A stretch of DNA of 64,000 nucleotides from a virus (taxonomy: Duplodnaviria > Heunggongvirae > Uroviricota > Caudoviricetes): positions 4,544 to 68,543 of the IMG/VR virus record IMGVR_UViG_3300029841_000009, one strand, 5' to 3'. The translations under genes were made by a program, and so were the position numbers. The notes below the pieces were generated by a model that did no database searches, was not told the origin of the DNA, and saw only the letters and a program-made list of their open reading frames with translations. The first letter of the stretch is position 1; each line of letters begins with the position of its first letter. Shown in pieces: positions 1 through 10,572 of this stretch.

Positions 1-980
1 ATCCCCCAGTTATATGCTGCTCCGGTCAATATTTCTGAGCCGTACTTACCATACAGTTGATTTACATAGTCACTGGCAAGCATTTCATGCTGTTGTTCGT
101 CCGTAGGGTTGTATTCAACGCCACGTTTGGCCGCCAGTTCTTTCCCTGTGCCCGGCATTAACTGGTATTTCCCCTGGGCCCTCTCTCCAGAAGATGTTTT
201 CGGTCCTTCAAGAATACTACCATCAGGATTAAAGTGACGATCACCTGATTCAACAAGGCGTATGGCACGCATGTCCATGCCTCCAGAATCATTTTTCTGA
301 AACTGACCATTTAACCATCCTTCCGGGTTAGCAGCGGCATAATTCTTCGCCCGCATTTCTGTGGCACTGCGATCATCACTTTCTATTTCTTCCAGAATGC
401 GTTCTTGTGACCATCCCCTGGCTGCTCCATATCTGGCAATGGCTACCATTCTGGAATTTCTGGCTAAAGTGGCAGTTTGCGGGTCATTCCAGGCATCCGC
501 TTCATTTTGTATCCATAATTTTCTCGTTGCCTGATATTGCTCATCTTCATAGGCATTTGTCTGCCCTATCTCATGTCTGAGAACTCCAGTACTGAACTGA
601 ATTTTCTGTGTTCTGGCTTGTTGCAAAAACATATTTCTTGCTGCTTCATCAGTCAATGAAGCAGCTATTTCTTCCACATCCTGATCAAATCCAGATATGT
701 ACTCTTGCCCCTTACCAATCGCATTTTTGCCTTGTTGTGCATAAAAACCGGTTTGAGGGTTATAAAGACGTTCATTGCTGCGCTGATTAAGCTGAAGTAT
801 GGCATCCTGAGACAATGCAACATTCGCTTTCTGCCTGGCTTCACCATATGCCACCGCATACTGATCTGCGACATTCGCCAGCACCTGACCTGCTTGAGGA
901 ACATCGAAGATCTGAAAACCACCGGTTTGCACACCACGACTTTGCACCTGGCGTCCGGATGTAGTAGGAACAACAGGCAT
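1..980 (-). CDS. Internal virion / ejection protein with lytic-transglycosylase-like motif (N-terminal part; gene runs off the left edge)
   Basis: Manual translation from ATG at 980 (overlaps the TGA of the upstream gene as TGATG) gives an uninterrupted frame to position 1: MPVVPTTSGRQ...GKYQLMPGTGKELAAKRGVEYNPTDEQQHEMLASDYVNQLYGKYGSEILTGAAYNWG. Not in the ORF track because no stop lies inside the window. Follows gp13/gp14-like genes as in T7. Confidence 0.55.
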   Translation of the reverse strand, partial: MPVVPTTSGRQVQSRGVQTGGFQIFDVPQAGQVLANVADQYAVAYGEARQKANVALSQDAILQLNQRSNERLYNPQTGFYAQQGKNAIGKGQEYISGFDQDVEEIAASLTDEAARNMFLQQARTQKIQFSTGVLRHEIGQTNAYEDEQYQATRKLWIQNEADAWNDPQTATLARNSRMVAIARYGAARGWSQERILEEIESDDRSATEMRAKNYAAANPEGWLNGQFQKNDSGGMDMRAIRLVESGDRHFNPDGSILEGPKTSSGERAQGKYQLMPGTGKELAAKRGVEYNPTDEQQHEMLASDYVNQLYGKYGSEILTGAAYNWG

Positions 981-1546
981 CAGTAACCTCCTATTTTGAA
1001 TCGGGAGTCAGAATTCATAAAACCTGAGTTAGATAACATTGGCGTGTTTCCTTGCTTACTAATCGGATTGATACTTCCGCTACCCAACTTATATGCACCG
1101 TATGCTTTTAGTGGTGCCGTTAACAAAGTGCTGGTCATCGATGATTTAGCAGCCGACTGAGCAGCAGCCCCCTGTGCCTGAGCATTCATTCCCTGAACCT
1201 GATACCCATATGCCTCACGCTGAGCATTATTCACTGTCGTTAACGCATCAAGAGTGCCGAACTGAGCATTATCCGCAAAAACGTCAAGAGCTGTTCCGCT
1301 ACTTAATTCCGCACCGGTAGCCCCCATAGTGGCCGCCGCAGTGCCTGAGCGTTGACGCATTTCACGACGACGCTGATCCGCTTCAATATTCCCACGATTG
1401 ATTGAATCCTGTGCCTGAGCTTCAGCAATTTCAGCATTCCGATCAGCTATGGCTGACTGGTATTTTGCCTGCTTGCTCTGGCTGTACATTGACGCGGCTG
1501 TGGATGCCACTGTGACGGCAACCAAAGCGATGGCTGGGTTACACAT
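980..1546 (-). CDS. Internal virion protein (T7 gp14-like position), Ala/Gln-rich
   Basis: 188-aa ORF tightly coupled to neighbours in the tubular-protein operon; size and position match T7 gp14. Confidence 0.45.
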   Translation of the reverse strand: MCNPAIALVAVTVASTAASMYSQSKQAKYQSAIADRNAEIAEAQAQDSINRGNIEADQRRREMRQRSGTAAATMGATGAELSSGTALDVFADNAQFGTLDALTTVNNAQREAYGYQVQGMNAQAQGAAAQSAAKSSMTSTLLTAPLKAYGAYKLGSGSINPISKQGNTPMLSNSGFMNSDSRFKIGGY

Positions 1547-2010
1547 TATTTTCTCTCCATGTGAAATCTGTGGAAATTAAGACCAAGAGCACCATAAGGC
1601 GCGGCTTCTTCAAGCCTGAATCCAAGCCAGTGCAGCCATGCTTTGGCAACATGGTTTCGCTCGTCGACATAGTTTTCCAGGCGCGGATAAACTGCCAGCA
1701 TCTGCTGCAATACAGGGCGGCAGTGGCGAAGAAATGTCTTCTGATATTTTTCGATACGGCTGGTTCCGACCAGCCAGGGCGTACCATTGCCACCGATCAT
1801 TGACGCCGGAGATACGCCAAACATGGTTACCAGTTCTCCGTTCGCGAACCCTGACCAGGCCATAGTCGCAGTGCGCAGACCAACACGCAGCGCATCTTTG
1901 GTAGTCATCAGCGATACCGCATACAGTTCGTCAATATCAGCCTGACGAACATCCGGCAAAATCATCTGAAGATGCTCTTCGGTTGCGGGAATAATTTGAA
2001 CATCGATCAT
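1546..2010 (-). CDS. Internal virion protein (T7 gp13-like position)
   Basis: 154-aa ORF directly downstream of the tubular B gene, sharing its stop/start junction. Confidence 0.4.
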   Translation of the reverse strand: MIDVQIIPATEEHLQMILPDVRQADIDELYAVSLMTTKDALRVGLRTATMAWSGFANGELVTMFGVSPASMIGGNGTPWLVGTSRIEKYQKTFLRHCRPVLQQMLAVYPRLENYVDERNHVAKAWLHWLGFRLEEAAPYGALGLNFHRFHMERK

Positions 2011-4481
2011 CAGAATCCCCCAACAGTAAGGCGAGGAATAACGGCAAGAACAGACAGCGGCAACGGATCAAGCTGACGGATTTTTACACGTCCGTTTTTG
2101 CCCCAGTTACTGTCCAGTTTCACTTCTACTTTTCCGGTAGCATCATCAACAGGATCATCGTAGAACTCGAATTCACGCTGTGGATATTCGTACCATTTAC
2201 CGCCGGGCGTAGTCGCCCAGATGCCGCGACTGGCATTCACAACCAGAGTAACGGACGGGATCACCTGTTTTTTGTCCAGCAGCGTTTCCTGTCCGTTAAT
2301 GTTGATATCCAGTGTTTCGAATTCAGCAGTTATTGGCAGGCCGATGTGCACTACAGCCCCCGGTGATTCCAGCGTGACGGCACCTCCGGAAACCACTTTC
2401 TGTGGTTCCACGTTCGCATCAGAGAGAATGTTTACGGTCTGGCCTTCAAGATGAGACAGGCCTCCAAATGTCCGGCGCGCCATCTGCCAGTTCGTGGTGG
2501 CCACATTCCTGAGGGATGGCGGGACGTTCCTGTTAGCACGAACCACTACAGCGGTATTGCTGGTTACAGAAATAATGTCGCAACGTAATTCTTTTGACAC
2601 CTCATCGCCAGTATCAGGATCAGTTCCGGTATAAGGGAACTGTAGTTGCGCGCCGACATCACTACTGGTGAAGTACGCACCACCAGAAACACTGATTGTA
2701 TATTCCGCGCGGTAATCCCATTCGCCAGAACCACCAGTGATGATCATCGTTCTGTCAGACGTATTTCTTCCATCATAGCTAAGGCCAGAATCAACAAAGA
2801 AAGCATCTTCATCGCTGGTAAATAAACGGCTGGACAGTCGCTCGATGTATCTCACTGTTTGCCCGTTAACGGTTCGGTTAACGACGAAATACACCGCATC
2901 TTCATTGCCTTCGCTGATACTGCATGTGCTTTCATATTTTCCGGTACTGGATTGTGGTGCCCATGCAAAAACCTGCTGATCACGCAAATAGGTCATCACC
3001 AGTAATTTACCGTCATCACGGATGCAGAAGGCGCTGGAGTAAGGGACTATTGAGAAGCACCAGTCAACAATGCTGTGCTTCTGAAAAAGATGATTGGCAA
3101 GGATAGTAAGGTCGTTCCCCTGATAGCCGTCAACATCGAATGAGTAGGCCAGATCACGGACAACACTGCCTTTCTCCTGGACGAACAGAGCAATATTCGC
3201 CACGGCAATTGGTGGGACATTGCTCGAGCCATTTGATCCCTGAGAGCTGAATGCAAATGATGATGGGGTAAGCACTTTGTTCTGGTCGCCAGTGATGACG
3301 TACTCACCTCCGGAAGTCAGCGCCACCAGCGAACCAACATCAATCAGGTGGCGGATCTCATTAACCTGACGCCCGGCATAGGTGTAGATAATTCTGTCGT
3401 CATCCTGCGTAGGATTGCTTTTGCCAAAATCCTTATAATCCCCGGTACGGCTGGCCCAGATAGTCTGAGGAAACGCAGTCGATGCGGCGAAGTAAAGACG
3501 TTGTTGATAATAAACAACAGTGCCAGGATAACCATTAACACTGTTCCAGGCATATTTAGCCCATTTATAGCTGGCATTATCCTCGCCAACTACCTGCGAA
3601 GGGATATAGGAAATCACCTCGGCAGTTGCAGTAGTTCCATTTGCAGCAGAGATACGGGCAATGCCAAAACCACTGTGCAGATACTCCCACTCAATGCCGG
3701 TATCATCATCACCGGATCCGCCCCAGCCATCCCATGATGTGCCTTCTGTATGCGAAGGGCGCAAAGTGCCTGTTTTGCCTACTGTAACGGCGCGATAGTA
3801 GTTACTGTCTGCACGGCGAATATCGCCAATTGACGTACTCTTACTGGTTTCCCATACCGGCACAGAATCCACTGCAGGCTGTTCCAGATAGAACAATTTG
3901 CCTACCTGCTCCGCGCCAAAAATAGAGGCGCTTGCCGTTAACGTAATTGTCCCGGTGCTGGCGCTGGCATAAACCGTCACTGACTCGTCAATATTGATAT
4001 CTTCAAATGGTCCGTTCTTCGTTACCACATCAACCAGTTGCCAGTTGTCATGCGCATAGCGACGCAACTCTTTCGGCGGGTATGCCGGATGAACAAGCGT
4101 AAGCACGTCGGCGCTTTGCGTGAATTTAATTCGGAACAGATCGGCTTCAGTATATGGCGTGGCAATTTCATAAATAACATTGCTGCTGTTCAGCACCAAC
4201 GCACCATCTTTGATAACGCGCATGTACTGGTGTCCGAACTCCAGAGCATAGGTCTGAACCGTCGAGAACTGGAACGGGATCAGGCGGCATTTCCGATTTG
4301 GGTATTTGGCGGCACCGACAAAACGCGTACCTGGTCGATTCTCAACGCCGCCATACTGCCGCACGATAAAGTTATCGCACTTGCGCAATGCCACCTGGTA
4401 CTTCGCCATGTCAATACGCCCGTACAACGACGGTCCAATCTCACCACCGGCAAAGCTGGGCTGGATCCAACTGATAGCCAT
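2010..4481 (-). CDS. Tail tubular protein B-like (T7 gp12-like)
   Basis: 823 aa; N-terminus MAISWIQPSFAGGEIGPSLYGR resembles the gp12 N-terminal pattern; follows the tubular A gene. Confidence 0.55.
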   Translation of the reverse strand: MAISWIQPSFAGGEIGPSLYGRIDMAKYQVALRKCDNFIVRQYGGVENRPGTRFVGAAKYPNRKCRLIPFQFSTVQTYALEFGHQYMRVIKDGALVLNSSNVIYEIATPYTEADLFRIKFTQSADVLTLVHPAYPPKELRRYAHDNWQLVDVVTKNGPFEDINIDESVTVYASASTGTITLTASASIFGAEQVGKLFYLEQPAVDSVPVWETSKSTSIGDIRRADSNYYRAVTVGKTGTLRPSHTEGTSWDGWGGSGDDDTGIEWEYLHSGFGIARISAANGTTATAEVISYIPSQVVGEDNASYKWAKYAWNSVNGYPGTVVYYQQRLYFAASTAFPQTIWASRTGDYKDFGKSNPTQDDDRIIYTYAGRQVNEIRHLIDVGSLVALTSGGEYVITGDQNKVLTPSSFAFSSQGSNGSSNVPPIAVANIALFVQEKGSVVRDLAYSFDVDGYQGNDLTILANHLFQKHSIVDWCFSIVPYSSAFCIRDDGKLLVMTYLRDQQVFAWAPQSSTGKYESTCSISEGNEDAVYFVVNRTVNGQTVRYIERLSSRLFTSDEDAFFVDSGLSYDGRNTSDRTMIITGGSGEWDYRAEYTISVSGGAYFTSSDVGAQLQFPYTGTDPDTGDEVSKELRCDIISVTSNTAVVVRANRNVPPSLRNVATTNWQMARRTFGGLSHLEGQTVNILSDANVEPQKVVSGGAVTLESPGAVVHIGLPITAEFETLDININGQETLLDKKQVIPSVTLVVNASRGIWATTPGGKWYEYPQREFEFYDDPVDDATGKVEVKLDSNWGKNGRVKIRQLDPLPLSVLAVIPRLTVGGF

Positions 4482-5086
4482 CAGGACAACCTCGCAATGG
4501 TAAACTCGTCAACCGGTGGCTGTGGTTCCTGTGATTCATTCTGGCTATGCGAGCCAGCACTAAGAATCACGCGATTGTACATATTGAGAGCAAATGTACC
4601 GAGATCCGCATTCCCAGTCAGCGCCATGTTAATGGCTGCCGCAAGACGCCAGGCCAGCGCCTCCATAAAAATGGCATCAAACATGTTTACATCTGAAACG
4701 CGAGAGACATACTTGAGCCATGCCTGCGGCTGGTCTGTGTAGATCAATTTTCCTGTTCCGTTGGTGTCTGCACCAACTTCGTACTGAACGCGCATTGCTG
4801 CTGTTGGATTGCGTACACCAGGAAGCATAATTTCAGTAATGCGCAGACAATCTGACGGGTACTGGTACGCATATTCCCAGTCAGGCGGTGGATTGCTCGT
4901 ATCTGCAAGCGCCACGCGTTTGGTAGCAAAGTTCCAGTCAAAATCAGAAAGCACAGCATCACGGCAGGCCTCAAAGTGCAGCGAACATTCCCCCGCTTCC
5001 TTGCTGGCTTCCGTCAGGCTGTTAATGCTGCGGCTGTTGCCAATATTGGACAGCGCACGATTGCAGATCTCTACTACAGAGGCCAT
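4481..5086 (-). CDS. Tail tubular protein A-like / head-tail adaptor (T7 gp11-like)
   Basis: 201 aa; N-terminal pattern ...ALSNIG...W.F resembles gp11-type adaptors; size and order fit. Confidence 0.55.
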   Translation of the reverse strand: MASVVEICNRALSNIGNSRSINSLTEASKEAGECSLHFEACRDAVLSDFDWNFATKRVALADTSNPPPDWEYAYQYPSDCLRITEIMLPGVRNPTAAMRVQYEVGADTNGTGKLIYTDQPQAWLKYVSRVSDVNMFDAIFMEALAWRLAAAINMALTGNADLGTFALNMYNRVILSAGSHSQNESQEPQPPVDEFTIARLS

Positions 5087-5142
5087 AAGTTTCTATACTC
5101 CTGCAATAAAGGGGCCGAAGCCCCTTGTCTGATTCGCGAGGC

Positions 5143-5487
5143 TTACACGCCCAGTTCTTTACGCTTATCTGCGATCTTCTCGCGTAGCGTTTCGGCTTTG
5201 GCGTTATGGTGTGGCTTCTCGTTAAAGAGCAATTCGTACTCTTCACGGAGCTTATCCAGTTCACCATCATCTGACACATCGTTGATGATTTTGGTGCTGG
5301 TTGCTGCCATTGACACCTTTCCTGCAACTTTTGCTTTTGCCTGTCTGGCTGCATCGTTAACAGGTTCCAGTGCGCTACCAGGCTCACCTTCGTATTCGAT
5401 TTCTGCCCCCTCCGGCCACAGAGTGTTATGGATATGAGAGAGGCGCAGAACGCGGTATCTTGGTTTCTCACCTGACATCGATATCAC
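5143..5487 (-). CDS. Hypothetical protein in virion module
   Basis: 114-aa ORF between capsid-associated genes and tubular A; charged C-terminus. Confidence 0.35.
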   Translation of the reverse strand: MISMSGEKPRYRVLRLSHIHNTLWPEGAEIEYEGEPGSALEPVNDAARQAKAKVAGKVSMAATSTKIINDVSDDGELDKLREEYELLFNEKPHHNAKAETLREKIADKRKELGV

Positions 5488-5488
5488 C

Positions 5489-5926
5489 TTAACCAGTTAC
5501 TTTTGAGCGGATCGGGTACGGCGTATTGGCATCAACATCCAGACTGATACCCGCAGTGAATTTGCCAGCCGTTAGTGGGCCAGTTGCGACGGAGTAGTTA
5601 ACACGCAGATATCGCTGAACACCGGCAGGCACCTTTGCAGAAACAACTCGTTTACCTGCTGTCAGGGCGGTCTTTGCCAGTGCGCCACTATCATAAATAG
5701 TGGTCCATGAGCTGTTATTCTCACTCGTCTGCAACTGGATGTTTACAGTTGCATCACCGCTTGCCGCGGCGGCTGCGTTAACCAGCGCCCAAAACTCAAG
5801 CGGGTAACCCACGCCGATATCACGACGTTTTCCGTCAATTGGACCGAGATCGATTACGTCAGTAGAAGCCGCGGTATTCGTAACCGCCTGAGCTTCGGAG
5901 AACATCAACAGTTTGTCGGTGATCAT
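5489..5926 (-). CDS. Hypothetical capsid-associated protein (possible decoration / minor capsid)
   Basis: 145-aa Ala/Thr/Gly-rich ORF immediately downstream of the major capsid gene. Confidence 0.35.
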   Translation of the reverse strand: MITDKLLMFSEAQAVTNTAASTDVIDLGPIDGKRRDIGVGYPLEFWALVNAAAAASGDATVNIQLQTSENNSSWTTIYDSGALAKTALTAGKRVVSAKVPAGVQRYLRVNYSVATGPLTAGKFTAGISLDVDANTPYPIRSKVTG

Positions 5927-5977
5927 CTTCTTTCTCCATTAGTGGGTCTGTTACGACCCACAGGTTAATAACAGGCG

Positions 5978-6970
5978 TTACACCACGCGGGCTTCTGTTT
6001 CCAGAAGCGCATCAGTTTCACGGATTGGTACACCACGGAATGAAGTCCACCACTCGCCTTCAGTCTCTTTTACGCTGATAGCCAGAGATGTTTTCTCCAG
6101 AGATTGCAGATCAAGAGCCTGGCCTACAGTGCGGTTCATGTAGAACACCGGGCGGCCCATGCCACGGTTTGGAATGCGATGTAGTGCTTTAACCATCAAC
6201 TTCGCAATATTTGCGGCAGAGGATGGTTCTGAAATATTGCTGACATCGATGTTTGCAATGCGAACAACATAACGCCAGTCACGCAGAGCAAGTCCGTTAT
6301 CCCATTTGTAATGGGTGCGATAGCCTTCGTACTTGCCGCCATTAGCATCTTCCAGTGTCACCTGGCCTTTATCTTCCATCTGGATGCCAGCCTTCTGCCC
6401 TTTCGGGAAGATGCCATGCACGGTGTTTTCGCCCCACACCACTAACCAGATTGAGGTGTTATCTGTACCCGTGCCACCAGCATCAATGATGTTCTGAGCA
6501 TTACCCGCAGACAGGCTGGAATAGCGGGAGGACAGTCCCATAAACTGCTGAGGGTTAACGCTGGAATCACCATAAAACAGCGTCTGCGCCATCTGCTGAT
6601 TCATCGCTTCAATAAATGCGCGGTCTTCAGACAGGCGGAATTCGGCGGTATTGCCGTTCAGATCAGCCAGTGACTTATCGACTTCCGCATAGGTTTCCAG
6701 CATGCCAACGGAATCGGTTACCTGCACTGTGGTTGATTTGCTTGGCTGTACGCCATAGTTCAGCAAACGCCAGGTAGCTGAAGGTAAACCAGAACGAATG
6801 GTGGTTCGGTGTCCGGTAGGAAGGTTCCCTTCGACAAAAGGCATATCCTGAAGGATCGGGTTAGTTTGACCGAGAAGCTCGATAATCTTATCGACTTTCC
6901 CGTTTGGATCGACGCGCTTACCCCAGTCAGCCAGCGTTAGCGCAGTTAAGCCTTTAACAGCCATTGTCAT
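5978..6970 (-). CDS. Major capsid protein
   Basis: 330 aa, between scaffold and tail genes; size and position of T7 gp10-like capsid protein. Confidence 0.65.
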   Translation of the reverse strand: MTMAVKGLTALTLADWGKRVDPNGKVDKIIELLGQTNPILQDMPFVEGNLPTGHRTTIRSGLPSATWRLLNYGVQPSKSTTVQVTDSVGMLETYAEVDKSLADLNGNTAEFRLSEDRAFIEAMNQQMAQTLFYGDSSVNPQQFMGLSSRYSSLSAGNAQNIIDAGGTGTDNTSIWLVVWGENTVHGIFPKGQKAGIQMEDKGQVTLEDANGGKYEGYRTHYKWDNGLALRDWRYVVRIANIDVSNISEPSSAANIAKLMVKALHRIPNRGMGRPVFYMNRTVGQALDLQSLEKTSLAISVKETEGEWWTSFRGVPIRETDALLETEARVV

Positions 6971-6978
6971 TTCCTCTC

Positions 6979-7680
6979 TTATTTGCCATAGAGCACTTCG
7001 GCCGCACTACGCTGGCCTTCATTACCACCGGTGACCATGCCATCTTCAGACATCGCCTTTCCGATTTTCACGAACGTTTTGACCAGATCAGGGTGATTAC
7101 CCAGCCCGGTGGTGTTCAGATATTCTTTGAGTTCAGGTGTCCCGAACTGGTCAAGCGCACGCTGTGCGGCGCTAAGGTTAGAAATCAACTTGTCGCCACC
7201 GATTTCTTTGTCGGCTTTTACATCCGCTGCCCACTGCTCGGTTGTTTTCTGCCAGGCTTCTGCCTGGCGCTGCTGAACACCTGCCAGAATCTTCGGATAA
7301 GCATCAACCAGCTTTTGCGCTTGCTCGTTGGTCAGGTTTAGTTCTCGCGCCACCGGCTCGAATTCCTTCAACGCTTCTGTATCCAGCTCTACGCCTTCGG
7401 CAGCCTGAAACTCGTACTTTTCAGGCGCACCCTCTGGTTTATCGCCGTCCTTTTTTTCATCCTGCTTATCGTTTTCAGGCTTTTTGTCATCAGCAGGTTT
7501 ATCGCCATCAGCAACAGGTTGTGGCTTATCACCTTCCTGTTGTGATGGATCACCAACTGGAGCAGGGTTATCACCTGCAGGCGCTGACGGTTCTGACGCA
7601 GCCGGAGCTGCTCCACCATCGACTGGTTGCTCATTGCAAAGACGGCGATACAGCAAACGCTCAAATAAATTCATGATCAC
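6979..7680 (-). CDS. Scaffolding protein
   Basis: 233 aa, highly acidic with a Pro/Ala/Asp/Lys-rich low-complexity N-terminus and helical C-terminus; lies between portal and capsid. Confidence 0.6.
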   Translation of the reverse strand: MIMNLFERLLYRRLCNEQPVDGGAAPAASEPSAPAGDNPAPVGDPSQQEGDKPQPVADGDKPADDKKPENDKQDEKKDGDKPEGAPEKYEFQAAEGVELDTEALKEFEPVARELNLTNEQAQKLVDAYPKILAGVQQRQAEAWQKTTEQWAADVKADKEIGGDKLISNLSAAQRALDQFGTPELKEYLNTTGLGNHPDLVKTFVKIGKAMSEDGMVTGGNEGQRSAAEVLYGK

Positions 7681-7973
7681 TCCTGTTCACTGGCCTCTTT
7701 GGCCATCTTCAAATACTGTTCAGGGCAATGCGCCATAACGCGCTGAAACAGTTCCAGCGCCAGATTGCGTTGCCCCTCATTAAATGCCATTGCCATAGCG
7801 TCCATCGGTGAGATAGCGGAAAACACACGGCCTTTCTCCAGCACCGACCAGACAACGCGACGCCCCTGTTCACTGCTCATGACAAAGCGAATGTCATCAA
7901 TTTCACGCTGTGCCATGTCACGTTGCTTACGGGCGTTTTCTTCTTTCAGTTGATCATCTTCGTAATCTGTCAT
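7677..7973 (-). CDS. Hypothetical small protein
   Basis: 98-aa ORF between portal and scaffold, overlapping both. Confidence 0.35.
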   Translation of the reverse strand: MTDYEDDQLKEENARKQRDMAQREIDDIRFVMSSEQGRRVVWSVLEKGRVFSAISPMDAMAMAFNEGQRNLALELFQRVMAHCPEQYLKMAKEASEQE

Positions 7974-9649
7974 TGTGATTGCCCACCCTGACCACTAACT
8001 GCATTCGCCATAGCTGACAAAACACTCGGATCCGAAGTTTTAGCTTCGCTTAGCGTCTTGGCACCCTGTGCCGCCGCCATCCCCATCGCCATCATTTGTT
8101 GCTGCTGTTGTTGCTGTGCCCGTTGCTGGCGAGCCTGCTCAACCTGTTCCTGCGGAACAATGACGGTTGGAGACACTCCGGACATATCAGCGAATGCATC
8201 GATCGCCTGATCAACGTTGAGTTTGTCGAGAGCTTCTGGTTTCGCTTGCGCAAGTTGACCAATGAAGTTAACCGTGGACGCCAGACTGGACAGGCCGATA
8301 GACTTCTGCGCCTGAGCCATGACGGAAATGTATTCGACCTTCAGGGGCATACCTTCCATCACGTCTGGCGGTGGCGGCAGCATGTTTTTACGCACCATCA
8401 TCGAGAAAGAGCGGTCAATGAGAGGATTAAGACATTCGTCGTTCAGACGCTCCAGAACCGGCCCCAACATCAGAAGTTTTTCTTCTTTCATTTCGATCAC
8501 CGCTTCAACAGGCATCGAGCGGGTATTGATGTTCTGCAACATCATGAACAGATCGACAAAGTAGGCGCTGTTAATGATTTGACGAGTGTCCTGAATGTCT
8601 GCCACCAAATCTGCTGTACTGGGGTTAACCAGATAAGCAGGCCTGAAACCATCCTGACCAGTAATCTGATCGATATACGTGATGTCGCCAGGAAGAAGGG
8701 AGGCACGCTGATTCTTGAGGGAAGTCGGAGCAACCATCGGCGGATTGGTGGCTTTATCAATCAACTGCGACTTGCGCTTCTGGAGAAGCTGCAATGCCTT
8801 AACAGGTCCAAGCGCCAGCATACCCGGGCATGATGATCCATAAACATCTTCGCCGTTAACTTCCCAGCGCGGGGCCATAATTGGAAACTCATCGAATCCG
8901 GACTCACGCAACAACTTGTCGTTATCGCCACCAACCTCGTAATAAACCGATTTGAATGGCTTGTTCTTGCTATCCAGCTTCGATGTATCGCGGTCAATGT
9001 TCGGGTAAACCGAATGCATCACTTCAATCCACTTCTCGTAGGTTCCGCTTTCCCACATGCTTTTTACGGATTCGCTGACGTTATTTAGCCCGAACTCCTG
9101 AACAAGCTGACGAACAGTCATAGAGAACTTGCGAAAACAGGTGTCCACACTGCCACGAGGTGAGTTAGCCAGGTAGTAACTGCCTATCGGGAATGGCATT
9201 GTGCGAATGATGTCCTCGTCATCCTCCAGCACTGCCATTGCACCAGTGCTGTATGTGCCGAGGCTTCCGTATAACTGCGGCAGCGACTGATAGAGATTCG
9301 ACTTATTGAACATATCGTTCATGCGGTTCTGCACCGCCTCAAGCCACAACTTAACAGGGCCATAATCCATCATTTCAGGATCTGGCGTAGCCAGGCGAAA
9401 CCACGGACGCGCGGGGCTTGTGATGCCTGACATCATGCCGCTGGCGAGAGTGCGCGCCGCCATAGTCCCGGTCGAATCAATAATGCGTGTATTGCGTCGA
9501 TCGTTACGGTTGACCTCAGAAGTCAGAAAGCGGGAACCACGCGGGTTGATGTAATCACTCAACTCGCGCCAGTGCGGCTCGAACGACTGACGCTCGCTTT
9601 CAAGTTGTGCGAACTGTTTGTTCAATCGCTCTTTAGTTGTTTCCGCCAT
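7970..9649 (-). CDS. Portal / head-to-tail connector (T7 gp8-like)
   Basis: 559 aa; C-terminus QQQQQQMMAMGMAAAQGAKTLSEAKTSDPSVLSAMANAV resembles the Gln/Ala/Met-rich C-terminus of T7-type connectors. Confidence 0.75.
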   Translation of the reverse strand: MAETTKERLNKQFAQLESERQSFEPHWRELSDYINPRGSRFLTSEVNRNDRRNTRIIDSTGTMAARTLASGMMSGITSPARPWFRLATPDPEMMDYGPVKLWLEAVQNRMNDMFNKSNLYQSLPQLYGSLGTYSTGAMAVLEDDEDIIRTMPFPIGSYYLANSPRGSVDTCFRKFSMTVRQLVQEFGLNNVSESVKSMWESGTYEKWIEVMHSVYPNIDRDTSKLDSKNKPFKSVYYEVGGDNDKLLRESGFDEFPIMAPRWEVNGEDVYGSSCPGMLALGPVKALQLLQKRKSQLIDKATNPPMVAPTSLKNQRASLLPGDITYIDQITGQDGFRPAYLVNPSTADLVADIQDTRQIINSAYFVDLFMMLQNINTRSMPVEAVIEMKEEKLLMLGPVLERLNDECLNPLIDRSFSMMVRKNMLPPPPDVMEGMPLKVEYISVMAQAQKSIGLSSLASTVNFIGQLAQAKPEALDKLNVDQAIDAFADMSGVSPTVIVPQEQVEQARQQRAQQQQQQQMMAMGMAAAQGAKTLSEAKTSDPSVLSAMANAVSGQGGQSQ

Positions 9650-9663
9650 TTCAATGACTCCGG

Positions 9664-9870
9664 TTACTGACCAAGCAGCGTTTTACCGCTGGTATTAGCG
9701 GTTGATGTGTCGCCCTGAGAACCGGTAAGCAGCGTAGAACTACGACCAGCAGCAGCGCGACGGCGACGAGTTTCTTCGTCGCGGGCATCAACAACGGCGG
9801 CATCCTGCTCCTGTGGTGCTGCCTGAACTTCTGGTGTTGCAGGCACTGATGGTGAGCTACCCATGCACAT
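9664..9870 (-). CDS. Hypothetical small low-complexity protein
   Basis: 68-aa ORF ending 15 nt before the portal start; Ala/Thr/Gln-rich; coding status uncertain. Confidence 0.25.
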   Translation of the reverse strand: MCMGSSPSVPATPEVQAAPQEQDAAVVDARDEETRRRRAAAGRSSTLLTGSQGDTSTANTSGKTLLGQ

Positions 9871-10297
9871 ATCAATGACTCCGTACGCAATTAAATTATT
9901 ACCAATTTAACCACATATGATTTATTTATCGTAGATAGTTGACATTTAACGCACAAATTATTACCTTTCAGGTAACCAAAGAATTCATTCCGGTTACTAA
10001 CCTGACTGGCTTGTCGTTAAATTGAACAGGTGGAGTGAGCTTTTATTTTGAGCAGTACGGCGTATGGCACATGCGCCGATAGCGGTCTGGATACGTTTAA
10101 GGGGCACCCTCCCTGGCTGTGGCAAACGAACCAGGTAGCCGGAATGTGCAAGTCGAGCGGTTTTATTCCGCGCACGGGGATTCACCATCCCGGCGATTCG
10201 GTGTGACGCCTCGGAAGAGACGAGGGTACAACGATGAGAGCATTTATGGAGCCGCGACAAAGTGTGGCGCCTTAACAGGCTAAGTGCTCTCAGCGTT

Positions 10298-10374
10298 GTG
10301 GCATTAGCTCAGTCGGACAGAGCAACCGCCTTCTAAGCGGTTGGTCGCAGGTTCGAATCCTGCATGCCACGCCA
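10298..10374 (+). tRNA. tRNA-Arg (anticodon UCU)
   Basis: Cloverleaf read by hand: acceptor GTGGCAT/ATGCCAC, D-arm GCTC..GAGC, anticodon stem ACCGC/GCGGT with loop CTTCTAA, T-arm GCAGG-TTCGAAT-CCTGC, discriminator G, CCA. Confidence 0.8.
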
Positions 10375-10537
10375 GAATCACGCCTAAGGACCGTGATGCC
10401 AGAAGTTCCAGGTGCTTGGCGGTGATGGTTTCCCTTGAAGGACTATCACCACCCTTTTTACAGCAGGACGCCATTGCGATGACTTCATGCTGTAAACCAG
10501 TACAGCCACGGAAGGCATAACTCATTGCTTCCAGTTC

Positions 10538-10561
10538 GCCCGATTCGCCGGGCATTTTTTT
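10538..10561 (+). terminator. Rho-independent terminator downstream of the tRNA
   Basis: GCCCG-attcgc-CGGGC hairpin followed by ATTTTTTT. Confidence 0.5.
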
Positions 10562-10572
10562 AAGGTGAGATT

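Noticed and set aside
4038-4742. 234-aa plus-strand ORF antisense to the tubular protein genes (similar shadow ORFs at 8096-8833, 11771-12277, 15358-15720, 50960-51556)
   Set aside because: Entirely embedded antisense within well-supported structural or terminase genes; typical shadow ORFs in GC-balanced coding DNA.
9997-10260. 87-aa minus-strand ORF upstream of tRNA-Arg
   Set aside because: Overlaps the tRNA promoter and leader region with no SD; I looked for a second tRNA in 9960-10297 but found no T-arm or acceptor pairing.
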